The notes under the pieces: model-generated
The model's database searches: none
Told to the model about the DNA's origin: nothing
What the model saw: only the letters and a program-made list of their open reading frames with translations
Virus record (IMG/VR): IMGVR_UViG_3300028591_000087
Location: 32,001 to 96,000 of that record
Reading direction: 5' to 3' (one strand)
From: a virus
Lineage: Duplodnaviria > Caudoviricetes
DNA length: 64,000 nt
Position numbers and translations under genes: made by a program
Part shown: piece after piece, positions 1 through 9,316 of the stretch
Layout of the letters: every line of letters begins with the position of its first letter
Position numbering within the stretch: the stretch's first letter is position 1

Positions 1-40
1 CGGATCCATTCCAGCTTTGTACTTTTGATATACTCATATA

Positions 41-166
41 TTACTCGTCTTCTACACCGTCACAGATGAAATCGTGTGTATGGACCCATCTCTGACATTC
101 GTCGCAGATATCCTGCCGATCTACGAAAGGACACTCTTTGCAGTTTGTCATATCAATTTTAGCCAT
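41..166 (-). CDS. Small Cys-rich hypothetical protein (41 aa, MAKIDMTNCKECPF...)
   Basis: Translated by hand; AAGGAG RBS before ATG 166, TAA at 41; two CxxC motifs. Confidence 0.6.
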   Translation of the reverse strand: MAKIDMTNCKECPFVDRQDICDECQRWVHTHDFICDGVEDE

Positions 167-376
167 GTAGAAATCTCCTTTCTTATTTTCTATTGTTATA
201 TTATCAAAAATTTCTTAAAAAATCAAGCTGGGGAGTCAAAAATTCCGTCACAGGGAAAAATCGTTTCGTCACGAGGAAACGGAAACTTGATTTCGAAAAA
301 AAATTATGGTAGTATAGAGAAAAGATAAGAGATTATAGCTTATCTGTACAGATAATTAGAAAAAAGGAGACTAAAG

Positions 377-574
377 ATGACTAATAAGATTATTTACACA
401 CGCCGCATTGCGATGAAGCTGATCGAGATGGGGAACATTCCGAGTGGCACAACACCTAATCCAAGTAAACCTGAGTTTCTCTGTTGGATCTTTCCAGTGA
501 GTAATAAGTTTGAGAAGGATCTTCAAAGCATCCTTGATGAACGGAAGACGACTGCGCCGAAGAGCGCGGAATGA
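377..574 (+). CDS. Small putative DNA-binding protein, DUF5659-like
   Basis: AAGGAG RBS, TTGATT/TAGTAT promoter upstream; pattern IYTxxIAxxLxxxG...PNPxKPxxxxWIF. Confidence 0.55.
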   Translation: MTNKIIYTRRIAMKLIEMGNIPSGTTPNPSKPEFLCWIFPVSNKFEKDLQSILDERKTTAPKSAE

Positions 575-657
575 GATCCGAAGTGACTTTGAACCTGCGT
601 TCGCGCAGGTTTTTATTTATGTGAGTAAAATTTTTAGGTAAAAAATCTACCATACTT

Positions 658-822
658 TGTACAATTTTTGTATATAAGTGGAAATTTTAACAGCCATCGA
701 GTGTACAAAAAATGTATATAAGTTATATACAAAAATTGTATACAAAATTTTCTATGAGATGTACAAATTTTTCTATTCCGTGTACAAATTTTAGATCGGG
801 GTATAAACTATTTGTACAAAAT
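658..822. repeat. Iteron-like TGTACAAA repeats, left cluster
   Basis: TGTACA/TATACA at 658, 702, 739, 760, 781, 813; 739/760/781 are 21 bp apart. Confidence 0.75.
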
Positions 823-887
823 TGGTCAAAAAAGTATAGGGAGTCATTTCAAAAAATCAAATTAAAAGAAAGGATTGTGATTTTGAA

Positions 888-1475
888 ATGCAAATTTAGA
901 AAAATTCACGTCAAATTCCGAGATCAAATGAGATTGTTGGAAATAAAAATTATTGTGATTTAGTTTATTCGTGGTTTTAGTGTGCATCTGAAATGGATGA
1001 TAGCGGCCAACGTTATATTATGAATAATAGGATTAATATAAGTGGTATTGGTCGTGAAGTAGGAATGGATCGGCGCACCGCAGGAAAATATGTGAAACAT
1101 TTGTATGATGCTGGACTATTGGAAGATAAAGGAGATCGTACACTATTGAAACTTTTAGAGAAGAATGTAGCGACTCTTGTACCTTGTCCAACATTGCGAT
1201 AGATTATGAATTCATTGCATCGAAATAGTGTTAGTATATTTTCTTATCTTTTGGTGAGATATTTTGCGAATATGGAGAATCCTTATTTCATTACATATAA
1301 TGAGTTAAAGAAGTATATTGGTATTTCTACTGCAACGTCTTCAAATAATGTAGTTGTTAGTGATATATTAAAGACATTACAAACATTAGGATTGATAGAT
1401 TATATAATTATATAGACTGATGCAACGAGATGTAATATATAGATATAGAAAGTAACTAATGTATTGCCTGAATGA
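888..1475 (+). CDS. Putative replication initiator / tandem winged-helix DNA-binding protein (195 aa, six in-frame TAG)
   Basis: Track ORFs 993-1202 and 1206-1415 share a frame with ATG 888 and TGA 1473; two HTH-like segments (ISGIGREVGMDRRTAGKYVKHLYDAGLL; ITYNELKKYIG...LKTLQTLGLIDY); flanked by iterons. Confidence 0.6.
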
Positions 1476-1476
1476 G

Positions 1477-1561
1477 TGTACATTTTTTGTATATAGGTGT
1501 ACAATTTTTGTATATAGGATGTACAAAATTTTCCATGAGTTGTACAAAAAATAGTATTGAG
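1477..1561. repeat. Iteron-like TGTACA repeats, right cluster
   Basis: TGTACA at 1477, 1498, 1520, 1541 (21/22/21-bp period), same unit as the left cluster. Confidence 0.8.
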
Positions 1562-1820
1562 AATAATAGAATAGAGAATAGAAATAGAAGGGGAGAAATA
1601 TCTCCCTACGGTCGATATTTCTCCCCTATGGTTGACGAATGGGGAAAATTATGGTATTATATAAGCAGAATGGAAGGACTATGACCAAACAGAAAGGGAC
1701 TATTGATTAATTCTACTTAAAACTGAATAAAATTGTAGGTGAAGGAGAAGTGGGTCAGCCGATCGGTGCTAGGTACCTATATACACTTTTCTCGTCTCCG
1801 TTATCGTTATTGCGCATTGT

Positions 1821-1862
1821 ATACTGTATACAAAATACTGTATACTGGATACTGTATACAAA
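1821..1862. repeat. Tandem heptad repeat ATACNNN x6
   Basis: ATACTGT ATACAAA ATACTGT ATACTGG ATACTGT ATACAAA; shorter copies near 2612-2640 and 2819-2839. Confidence 0.7.
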
Positions 1863-1900
1863 AAAAAAGAGCCAGGCTTTACAGCCTGGCTTATTTCTTT

Positions 1901-2389
1901 TTATCTGAGTCCAAAGGACTTCAAGAAGTTGTCGATCACATCACTAGGATCGGTTTCCTTCTTCTTCTCGGTCTTCGGAGTAGCCTGAACCTTCCAGTTC
2001 TTATTGAGGGTATCAACAACCGTGCAGATATCCTGAGCGAACTTCGTGATATCCTTAGCCTGCTTCTCACCTACAATGAAGATCTCCTTCAACTGATCCC
2101 CAGTGAAGCCAGCGTTCTTGATGCCGTGTGCCTTAAACCAGGCATTCAGTACCATCGCGCAGTCATCATCGGTGAGTTCATCATCGATCATGCGGTTGGC
2201 AAGTTCCGCAACCTTGACTCCATACTGAGCGCGCTTTCTTTCAGCTTCTTCTTTTGCTTTTGCTTCGGCTGCCTTAGCTTCTGCGATGTCCTCTTGGGCA
2301 TGTTCAAGAAGGTTATAAAGGTCGTCAAATGAACCGGTTCCATCTGCGAGAGCCTTCTGAAGTGCTTCGATAATCGTCTTTTGATCCAT
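1901..2389 (-). CDS. Hypothetical protein with coiled-coil segment
   Basis: 162-aa ORF, AGGAG RBS, minus-strand terminator hairpin AGCCAGGC/GCCTGGCT plus U-tract at ~1860-1891. Confidence 0.75.
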   Translation of the reverse strand: MDQKTIIEALQKALADGTGSFDDLYNLLEHAQEDIAEAKAAEAKAKEEAERKRAQYGVKVAELANRMIDDELTDDDCAMVLNAWFKAHGIKNAGFTGDQLKEIFIVGEKQAKDITKFAQDICTVVDTLNKNWKVQATPKTEKKKETDPSDVIDNFLKSFGLR

Positions 2390-2882
2390 ACGTATGTCTC
2401 CTATTGTTTATATTTTATGGATATTCTCTTATCCTATTGTTATAATATCAAAATTTTTTTAAGAAATCAAGCTTCCGGTCGCAAAAGAAGCTTCCCCCGA
2501 GTATATTTTATCAAAAAATTGATAAAAAGTCAATAAAATGGTCATTTTTCTTGTTTTTTCTTGCAAATTGCTAGCAAAAACACGCAAAAATTGGATAAAA
2601 ATCGTATTTTGTATCCAAAATACTGTATACAGTATCCCGATCGGTGCTAGACCGCATTTTCGGGAAAATTTAGGCGCATATGATGAGTTGCCATGCACTT
2701 TCGAACATATGTTGGGCCATATAGATCGCGGAATTTCGGCCCGAGTCGCCCGCGACCGGGCCGTCGGCATTACGGGAAAATTACAGAACTGTTACAAAAC
2801 TATGAAATCGAAAATTGGATTCTGAATACTGTATACAATCGCGAAAACTGGCCGCTGCGCCCAGCAGCGGCCAGTCCAATAG

Positions 2883-2904
2883 AAAAACCCGGCTTTCGCC
2901 GGGC
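2883..2904 (-). terminator. Intrinsic terminator ending the early cassette block
   Basis: CCCGGCGAAAGCCGGG followed by U-tract on the minus strand, right after the 2910 stop. Confidence 0.75.
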
Positions 2905-2909
2905 TTTGG

Positions 2910-3320
2910 TCATGCCTTTTTGGGGCGGTGGGCGGTGAGGGTTGCGGAGTAGTGAACGCCGTTCAGCACAAAGTCAACCTGCCGTTCCGGGTTGACAACC
3001 TCAACCGCTTCACAGGGCGAGTTATCAGCTCCGAAGCAATTAGCCATTGCCTGTATAAGCAACCGCTTGTCCGGGTTCTCTTTGCGCTCCCGTTTGCGTT
3101 CCTTGCCGTAGGCATCCACCGCACGACCTTTGCGCAAGTCCTTGCTCACCTGCTCCTGCTCTGCGGTCAAGGCGTATTCGGTAGCAGTGCCGTGGTCTAC
3201 TTCCTGATCGTACCAAGCGCAATCAGCCTGTTCCCGGAGTTCGGTGTAGTCGATCCGCTCGTCCGGGTGCTCCTGCTCGTACTTGTCCAGATACTGGTCA
3301 ATGAACTGCTCTTTGGTCAT
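2910..3320 (-). CDS. Hypothetical early protein, paralog of 4990-5358
   Basis: GGAGG RBS, own promoter; shared motifs WYDxEVDH, RAVxAYGKxxKRERK, NPERxxxF, YSxTLTxHR. Confidence 0.8.
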   Translation of the reverse strand: MTKEQFIDQYLDKYEQEHPDERIDYTELREQADCAWYDQEVDHGTATEYALTAEQEQVSKDLRKGRAVDAYGKERKRERKENPDKRLLIQAMANCFGADNSPCEAVEVVNPERQVDFVLNGVHYSATLTAHRPKKA

Positions 3321-3375
3321 TTGGCTTCCCTCCTTTGATTTCCTGTAATTATTTTATCAAATTTTTTTTATTTTG

Positions 3376-3939
3376 TCAACAGGCAGTTTCTGCTTCCAGA
3401 TAAGTACGTACAACTCGGTTGAACACTATCGTTGACAGATCAACTCCGAAGAACCGATCATTTTTGCAAAAGGCGTCCGGATATTTGCGGATAAAGAACG
3501 CCCGGGCTTGACTTTCCGCACCTTCGCAAGGGATTGTTCCGCAGTCAATCACAGAGCAGATTTCCGTTGACCCAACAGGGATCCCGTGCTTTTGGTAGTA
3601 TTTAACCTCCTCTTGCAATCTCTGCTCCGGTAACCGGGTAGTCGTGCCGACTTTGGAACAAATCAGCTTGCCGTCCGAATCATAGAATTTGAACAGGTAA
3701 ACCAACTGCTTTCCACCACGCAGAACCGCCTTGACCTTTTTGGTTACATGATAGAAAAACTTTTTTGCCTTCTCAAGCAGATCAGCAAACTTTTTGATGT
3801 AACCTTTGATTGTGCTTTCTGCGTACTCAACCCATTTGCGGATTTCCGCAGGGGTAAAACCGCAGGAGTCAAGATAGACAACCTGCAACCGCTTTGTGTC
3901 CGTGTCCTTAAACTTTTGGAAAACATCAACCTTTGTCAT
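3376..3939 (-). CDS. HTH plus GIY-YIG/T5orf172-like domain protein
   Basis: N-terminal helix-turn-helix-like segment; VYLFKF...KVGTTTRLPEQRLQE motif. Confidence 0.5.
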   Translation of the reverse strand: MTKVDVFQKFKDTDTKRLQVVYLDSCGFTPAEIRKWVEYAESTIKGYIKKFADLLEKAKKFFYHVTKKVKAVLRGGKQLVYLFKFYDSDGKLICSKVGTTTRLPEQRLQEEVKYYQKHGIPVGSTEICSVIDCGTIPCEGAESQARAFFIRKYPDAFCKNDRFFGVDLSTIVFNRVVRTYLEAETAC

Positions 3940-3953
3940 TTTGTCATTCCTCC

Positions 3954-4103
3954 TTAATTCATTTCATCAAATACAAACCAGTAAATCACCAACATGATTA
4001 TAGCACTAATCAGCAAGATCGTCAACCCCAACTTGAGAAAGAAAATGCCGACCAGTAAACCGAGGATACCGAGGCCACCCAAAAGTACGAACAACCCGAA
4101 CAT
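3954..4103 (-). CDS. Small membrane protein (49 aa)
   Basis: Hand-translated MFGLFVLLGGLGILGLLVGIFFLKLGLTILLISAIIMLVIYWFVFDEMN; AAGGAG RBS and own promoter. Confidence 0.7.
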   Translation of the reverse strand: MFGLFVLLGGLGILGLLVGIFFLKLGLTILLISAIIMLVIYWFVFDEMN

Positions 4104-4294
4104 ACAGATCACTCCTTTCGCCTATTATAATACACCTTATGGGAAAATCCGTCAAGCATTTTTTCATGCGAATTTTGGTAAAATTTTTTCCCAGATCCGA
4201 CATCATGCAAAATACCGGTCTTTTTCGGCTGCGTAGCGGCCGAAAAAGACCGGCTCAGCTGTTAGCTGAGCCGGTTGCCCTGGGGCTGTGCCGA

Positions 4295-4648
4295 TTAGGC
4301 ACGGGCGAACTTGTTCACCCGTTTAACCGGCACTTTGGTAGCCCGTCCCTCGTCCACCAGAGCGTTCACCAAAGCGGACACTTTCTGATTAGACAGTACA
4401 GAGAGCCGGGGATCACGCCCCATGATCTCAGTCACAGTGGACGGTTCAGCGGTGAGAACGGACAGCACCACCTCTTTCAGCTCGGCATTTTCGAGCTGTT
4501 TGGCGGTGGGCTTGCGCTCACCGGAGTTCCGCTTGACCTGCTGGTCACGCAGGGCGGACAGCTTAGCGACTACCTCAGTCATAGCCGGATCAGCGGACAG
4601 GGCGGAGATGGCAGTGGACAGAGCGACAACGTAGGTGAGTTTTTCCAT
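4295..4648 (-). CDS. Coiled-coil plus C-terminal winged-helix protein, paralog 1
   Basis: KPTAKQ...TVTEIM...LSNQKVSALVNALVDEG motif shared with 8193-8597 and 8969-9316. Confidence 0.75.
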   Translation of the reverse strand: MEKLTYVVALSTAISALSADPAMTEVVAKLSALRDQQVKRNSGERKPTAKQLENAELKEVVLSVLTAEPSTVTEIMGRDPRLSVLSNQKVSALVNALVDEGRATKVPVKRVNKFARA

Positions 4649-4989
4649 AGGTATTACCTCTTTCTCCGTTTTTAGGAGTATCGGCTCTCCCTTATTACGG
4701 ACTCATTATACTACACTTTCAGCGATCTGTCAAGGAGAAATTTCACTTGCCGGATCGGGCTTGCCAGTGGGGTGGCGGTGGGTGAGCCCCTTCCCTTCCG
4801 CACAAGTATTATCTCATAAACTTGTTTCAAAAGTGTTACGAAAGGATCACATTTAGGACATAACTTCCTGAACAAATTGTTAGTATTTTGGATACAAAAA
4901 TGCGGAGATGCCTGCTGATGCGAAAATCTGGTCTTTCACGACTGCGTAGCGGCCGTGAAAGACCAGCCCAAAAGGAAGCCCCGAAGGGC

Positions 4990-5358
4990 TTAGCCCTTCG
5001 GGGTGCGGTGGCGGGTGAGGGTCACAGAGTAGGAACCGAACCGGATTTCCCGCTCGGGGTTGACCACTTCGGGGGCGAGGTCGGCAAGAGCCTCAACCAA
5101 CCGCCGGATCAGCTCCCGCTTCTCATCATCCGGCTTGCGCTCACGCTTGACCGCTTTTCCGTAAGCGTTGACTGCCCGGGCGCCCTTCCGCATTTCTTTG
5201 GCGATTTCTTCTGCGGTTCCGTCCAGATCATAAGGGGTGGGGCGGTCATGGTCGATTTCATTGTCCCACCAAGCCAGTTCTGCGTTCTCTCGGTCGCACT
5301 CGTGCTTGCTCTGGTATTCAGTCAACCACTTTTCGGTGGGATAGCGGATTTCAGTCAT
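4990..5358 (-). CDS. Hypothetical early protein, paralog of 2910-3320
   Basis: Shared motifs; AAGGAG RBS; own promoter. Confidence 0.8.
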   Translation of the reverse strand: MTEIRYPTEKWLTEYQSKHECDRENAELAWWDNEIDHDRPTPYDLDGTAEEIAKEMRKGARAVNAYGKAVKRERKPDDEKRELIRRLVEALADLAPEVVNPEREIRFGSYSVTLTRHRTPKG

Positions 5359-5406
5359 TGGATCATCTCCTTTCAATGGTATTGTACCACATTAGAAAAG
5401 GGGTTG

Positions 5407-6087
5407 TCAACCCCTTTTCTCATAGAGCACCCGTTCCATCTTGTAATGGGTGCGGTAAGCCTTGAAAATGATTTCCCGTTCAATGGTGGTATCTTCAAAG
5501 GCGGTGTGACTTTCCACAAAATTCATGTTGCCAGTAATGAAGCGGTACAGGATTTCGGCGGTCATGCGGGGGCGGGGCGTGGCGTGCTTTGTCATGTAGC
5601 CGTTTTCTTCGCAAAACTTGCGGTAGGTCGGGCGGTCGGCGAAGGTTTTTGCCATCTTCATTGAATCCCAGATTTCGAAGGAGTCAAGCACACGACACTT
5701 GTGACCGTACAGCCATTCAAAAGTAGTGTTGAGAGCGTCAATGTCGAAGCGGGCATTATGAGCAACAATTGCAATCACGTTTTCCTTGCGGGCGGTGGTG
5801 ATAATGTCCATCAGTACATCACAGAAAGCCTTGATTTCCCGCTTGCCTTCGGCGATGTCCTTAAAGTAGTGGGGGAGCTTTTCGGCGTAATAGCAGGACT
5901 TCATCCGATCCATTTCGCCGAAGAAGATTTCCCGCACGATGTAGGACTTTTCGCAAATCACAGAGCCGGTGGCGGGTTCAATCACAGAGTAACCAACATC
6001 ATAGGTCAGGTTATTGCCGGGCAGGACTTTTTCCAGTTTTTGGATGTTGCAGGTTTCGGTATCCAGTACAAGCAGACGATTTTTCAC
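5407..6087 (-). CDS. DEDDh 3'-5' exonuclease (DnaQ-like)
   Basis: ExoI VLDTET, ExoII AHNARFD, ExoIII HTAFED; likely GTG start at 6087 after AGAGGTG RBS. Confidence 0.85.
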   Translation of the reverse strand: MKNRLLVLDTETCNIQKLEKVLPGNNLTYDVGYSVIEPATGSVICEKSYIVREIFFGEMDRMKSCYYAEKLPHYFKDIAEGKREIKAFCDVLMDIITTARKENVIAIVAHNARFDIDALNTTFEWLYGHKCRVLDSFEIWDSMKMAKTFADRPTYRKFCEENGYMTKHATPRPRMTAEILYRFITGNMNFVESHTAFEDTTIEREIIFKAYRTHYKMERVLYEKRG

Positions 6088-6286
6088 AGGTAGCACCTCT
6101 CTCATTTCTTCTGTCCCTTGCGGGATCATGTATAGAATACCACAAAACCGCAGATCTGTACATAGCAGATTTGGGAAAATTTTTGACCAGATCCGACATG
6201 GCGTTTTGAGTGGCAAAAACTGGAATCTGTGCCTATTGCGTAAACTCCGGTTGTTTTCGGCTGCTGTGCGGCCGAAAACAACCGGC

Positions 6287-6505
6287 TCAGGTTTTGAGCC
6301 GGTCGAGATCTTCCTTGTATGGGGCACAGTCCCCAAAAGGACAGGGGAAAGAGCCGTTGTGTGTTACGGCATCAAACCCATGAACTGCGTATTTTGCGAC
6401 GCAGTACCCAGGTCCGTTCATAGTGGCATCTTGCCAAAAGGGGCAAGCGTGGCAATTTTCTTGCCATTGTTGCGGGAAACGGTTAAAGCCTTTCAGAACT
6501 ACCAT
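6287..6505 (-). CDS. Small Cys-rich hypothetical protein
   Basis: GAGGT RBS; CxxCPF, YC and CPFxxC. Confidence 0.6.
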   Translation of the reverse strand: MVVLKGFNRFPQQWQENCHACPFWQDATMNGPGYCVAKYAVHGFDAVTHNGSFPCPFGDCAPYKEDLDRLKT

Positions 6506-6510
6506 TTTTA

Positions 6511-6948
6511 TTACCTCAATCCTTTCAGAATTTCCACAATATACTGTGGATCATAAGCGCCATCACCCCAGGTATTGCGGTTCGGTTCTTCGTCATCGAA
6601 GAGGATACCGCCCCCGGTTGCGGTCAGCTTGTCCGTTCCGTACCGGACAACCCGGATTTCGTCCCACTCTACGGAAGGCAAGTGCTGAGCAAGCCATGCA
6701 CGTTTTGCCATCTCTACGGCGAGGTTGTAAACCTCAGAGCCGTTTTTGGCAGTCCACGAAATGATACCGAGCTTCCAACCATCAGCCTGCAAGCGGTTCA
6801 GCAACCGGGCGAGCAGAGAGAAATTGAGCATCGGTTTCGCCATCGCATAGGGGCGAACGTTTTCGGAGCGGATATCGGCAAGCCATCCCTCTACGGCGTA
6901 AAGGTTAGCGAGCGTCCCGTCCATGTCGAACCAGATAGCCTTAGTCAT
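6511..6948 (-). CDS. HAD-family 5'(3')-deoxyribonucleotidase-like protein, paralog 1
   Basis: FDMDGT motif I, ISW motif II, K, and GILFDD motif IV. Confidence 0.8.
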   Translation of the reverse strand: MTKAIWFDMDGTLANLYAVEGWLADIRSENVRPYAMAKPMLNFSLLARLLNRLQADGWKLGIISWTAKNGSEVYNLAVEMAKRAWLAQHLPSVEWDEIRVVRYGTDKLTATGGGILFDDEEPNRNTWGDGAYDPQYIVEILKGLR

Positions 6949-7111
6949 CAGTGAATCCCTCCTTCTGTACCATTATAATACACCTAACAGGATTTTTTGT
7001 CAAGAGGTTTTTAGCCTTATTTTCAAAAGTTTTTTTCCTGTGATCCGGTGCTAACGCAAACTCGGTTCATTTGCGGCCATGAGGACCGCAAATGAACCGC
7101 CAAAAACCGGG

Positions 7112-7354
7112 TCAGTCGACCCGGTTCATGGAATCGTAAATTGCTCTCCCGCACTCGGGGCACAGCAATCTGTAATCCATTTCGCCATGTCCCACAAGAG
7201 TATAAGCAAAATCATTGAGAGTTGCTTTGAATACACAACCGCAACCGCCGAATACTTTTCCAGTACTGCGGGAATACCCGCATTCGTAGGTGTGCGTTTC
7301 TTGTTTTGCTTTCTCTTGTTTATAAGCCTCGCCGTGACAGATTACCTTAATCAT
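7112..7354 (-). CDS. Small Zn-ribbon-like protein
   Basis: AGGAAGG RBS; C...GCGCVF...CPECG. Confidence 0.6.
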   Translation of the reverse strand: MIKVICHGEAYKQEKAKQETHTYECGYSRSTGKVFGGCGCVFKATLNDFAYTLVGHGEMDYRLLCPECGRAIYDSMNRVD

Positions 7355-7369
7355 TTTTCCTTCCTCCTT

Positions 7370-7813
7370 TTAATCCGGGATCTTATCCCAGGTTTCTTTC
7401 AGAATCCGCATGATTTTGCGATCCAGTTCACAGAACTCAACCAAATGGTCAGTAACTTCCACAATCGCCCAATTAGTTGCAATCCGTTCATTGTAGAGAT
7501 TGAAATACTCTTCCGGGTCAGTGATTTCATTTCTTTTGTCTGTGTCATCTTTAATCCACATTTCTGTTTCAAGGTGTCCAAGCTCGTGCATGAAGGAGAG
7601 CAGGAACACAGAGAAGATTTCACAGACTGGACGCTGTTTGACAATGAACTGTTTGAACTCTTCTCCGCCCTTTTCGGAAATGATTGGAGAATAGCAAATC
7701 TTGTTCTTATCAAGCAGAGCCATAAAGTCACCGGACACTTCAACAGTATATTCCGGATCATACTTTTGTGCAACCTCGTTCAGCAGGGCAGTCAGTTCAG
7801 CAAATTCCTCCAT
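7370..7813 (-). CDS. HExxH zincin-like protein, similar to 11551-11994
   Basis: MHELGH plus downstream NERIAxxWA. Confidence 0.6.
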   Translation of the reverse strand: MEEFAELTALLNEVAQKYDPEYTVEVSGDFMALLDKNKICYSPIISEKGGEEFKQFIVKQRPVCEIFSVFLLSFMHELGHLETEMWIKDDTDKRNEITDPEEYFNLYNERIATNWAIVEVTDHLVEFCELDRKIMRILKETWDKIPD

Positions 7814-7815
7814 AA

Positions 7816-8007
7816 TCAGTCCTCCTTACACTCAGTATTATACTCCTGCTTGACTCGTCTGTCAAGTTTTTTGCGCTCGCTCCGCAGGATTTTTTTCTTG
7901 AGCTTGCGGTTTGCTCTTGAATCTTGATTGATGATTCCACGACAACCGGGGTTCAAATCCCAAGCAGACAGTTCAGACCCTTTCTTGTATGTACAACTCA
8001 TTTCCAT
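7816..8007 (-). CDS. Small basic hypothetical protein
   Basis: GGAGG RBS, own promoter, K/R-rich helix. Confidence 0.6.
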   Translation of the reverse strand: MEMSCTYKKGSELSAWDLNPGCRGIINQDSRANRKLKKKILRSERKKLDRRVKQEYNTECKED

Positions 8008-8192
8008 ACCCCTCCTTTGTGTAATTATAATATCATAATTTTAGGATTTTGTCAACAGGATCACACATGTGACTTTTGGTTGCGAAAATTACCAGATCCT
8101 ACAAAGATCCTAAACACCGTTCGCTTGCGGCCAGAATGACCGCAAGCGAACGGCTCAGCTGTTTAGCTGAGCCGTTCGGGGTTGGGGTGGGA

Positions 8193-8597
8193 TCACACAG
8201 TGATCTCACCCGGCAGGGCTTCCACCCCATGATCCGCAAGGGCGAAGTAGGTCACCCGCTTGTCCTGCCACTTGGTCACCTGCTCGGTGTTCACAAGCTG
8301 GGTCAGCAGGGCGGAACACTTCTGACCGGAGATGCCGAGCTTTTCGGCGATCTCACCGCACTTCAGATCCGGAGTGTCGGCGAGAATTCGCAGGATCTCC
8401 GCTTTGGTGTTGCCGTTCGCCACCTGCTTGGCGGTCGGCTTGCCGGACTTGGAAGCGTTCCGCTTCTCAAGCGACTGCCCCAGGGCAATCAGCTTTTCAG
8501 CAACCGCAACCTTTTCGGCTTCGGTCAGGGTCTCGCCGTTGATAGCACGCAGGGCGAAGTTGATGGCGTTCACGTAAGTCAGTTTTTCCATGGTCAT
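8193..8597 (-). CDS. Coiled-coil plus winged-helix protein, paralog 2
   Basis: KPTAKQ...CGEIAEKLGISGQKCSALLTQLV. Confidence 0.75.
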   Translation of the reverse strand: MTMEKLTYVNAINFALRAINGETLTEAEKVAVAEKLIALGQSLEKRNASKSGKPTAKQVANGNTKAEILRILADTPDLKCGEIAEKLGISGQKCSALLTQLVNTEQVTKWQDKRVTYFALADHGVEALPGEITV

Positions 8598-8968
8598 TAC
8601 CTCTTTCTCTGTTTGTGGGGTTTATCAGCTCCCCTTTGATGTATTAAGTGTATCATACCTTGGGCTATTTGTCAAGGGGTTTTGAAATCTTTTTGAAAAA
8701 TTTCTCGGGCTCTTGACTGGTTCTTGTGGAGCAGGAGTGTGCCCTCTCTCCCCTTGACATCGCCCGCCCCTCCACTGAGGGGCTGTCCTTTTGACACCAT
8801 TATAATACCAAAAACGGGAAAAGAAGTCAATTACAAAATTTTGAACAATTTGTTACGAAAATGTTAAATCGTCTCTCCGATCCAAAATTCTGGTCTTTTA
8901 CGGTCACGCAGCGGCCGTAAAAGACCAGCCGAGTTCTTCGGCTGGTCTGTGCGGGGTGTCCCCCGGGC

Positions 8969-9316
8969 TTACGCCCGGGAGAACTTGTTGACCCGCTTCA
9001 CCGGGGTCTTGACTGCCCTGCCCTCATCCACAAGGGCATTGACCAGGGCACTCACCTTCTGATTGGACAGGACGGACAGCTCCGGGTCCCGACCCATCAG
9101 TTCGGTGACCGTGGCGGGTTCAGAGGTCAGGACTTCCAGAACCCGAGCCTTCAAGCCCTCATTAGCCACCTGCTTGGCGGTGGGCTTGCGGTCAGCGGAG
9201 TTCCGCTTCTCGGTCTGCGCCTTGAGAGCGGTCAGCTTTTCGGCAACATCAGCGGGCAGGTCGGTCACGTTTTCCAGAACATAGGACAGAGCAGAAACAT
9301 AAGTCATCTTGGTCAT
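8969..9316 (-). CDS. Coiled-coil plus winged-helix protein, paralog 3
   Basis: C-terminal half nearly identical to 4295-4648. Confidence 0.75.
   Translation of the reverse strand: MTKMTYVSALSYVLENVTDLPADVAEKLTALKAQTEKRNSADRKPTAKQVANEGLKARVLEVLTSEPATVTELMGRDPELSVLSNQKVSALVNALVDEGRAVKTPVKRVNKFSRA

Noticed and set aside
712-963. Track ORFs 712-963 and 1472-1684
   Set aside because: They are translations of the iteron repeats (repeated CTKF/CTNF) with no convincing RBS.
1681-1710. 9-codon ORF MTKQKGTID after a promoter and RBS
   Set aside because: Too short to support as a gene; it may be a remnant or part of a non-coding transcript.
2702-2715. CGAACATATGTTGG as a Gram-positive LexA (SOS) box
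   Set aside because: It is a single copy with a mismatch in the GTTC half-site and no clearly associated promoter.
4660-4695. wHTH leader as a preQ1-I riboswitch
   Set aside because: The topology is similar, but the loop lacks the preQ1-I consensus nucleotides and the downstream gene is unrelated to queuosine.
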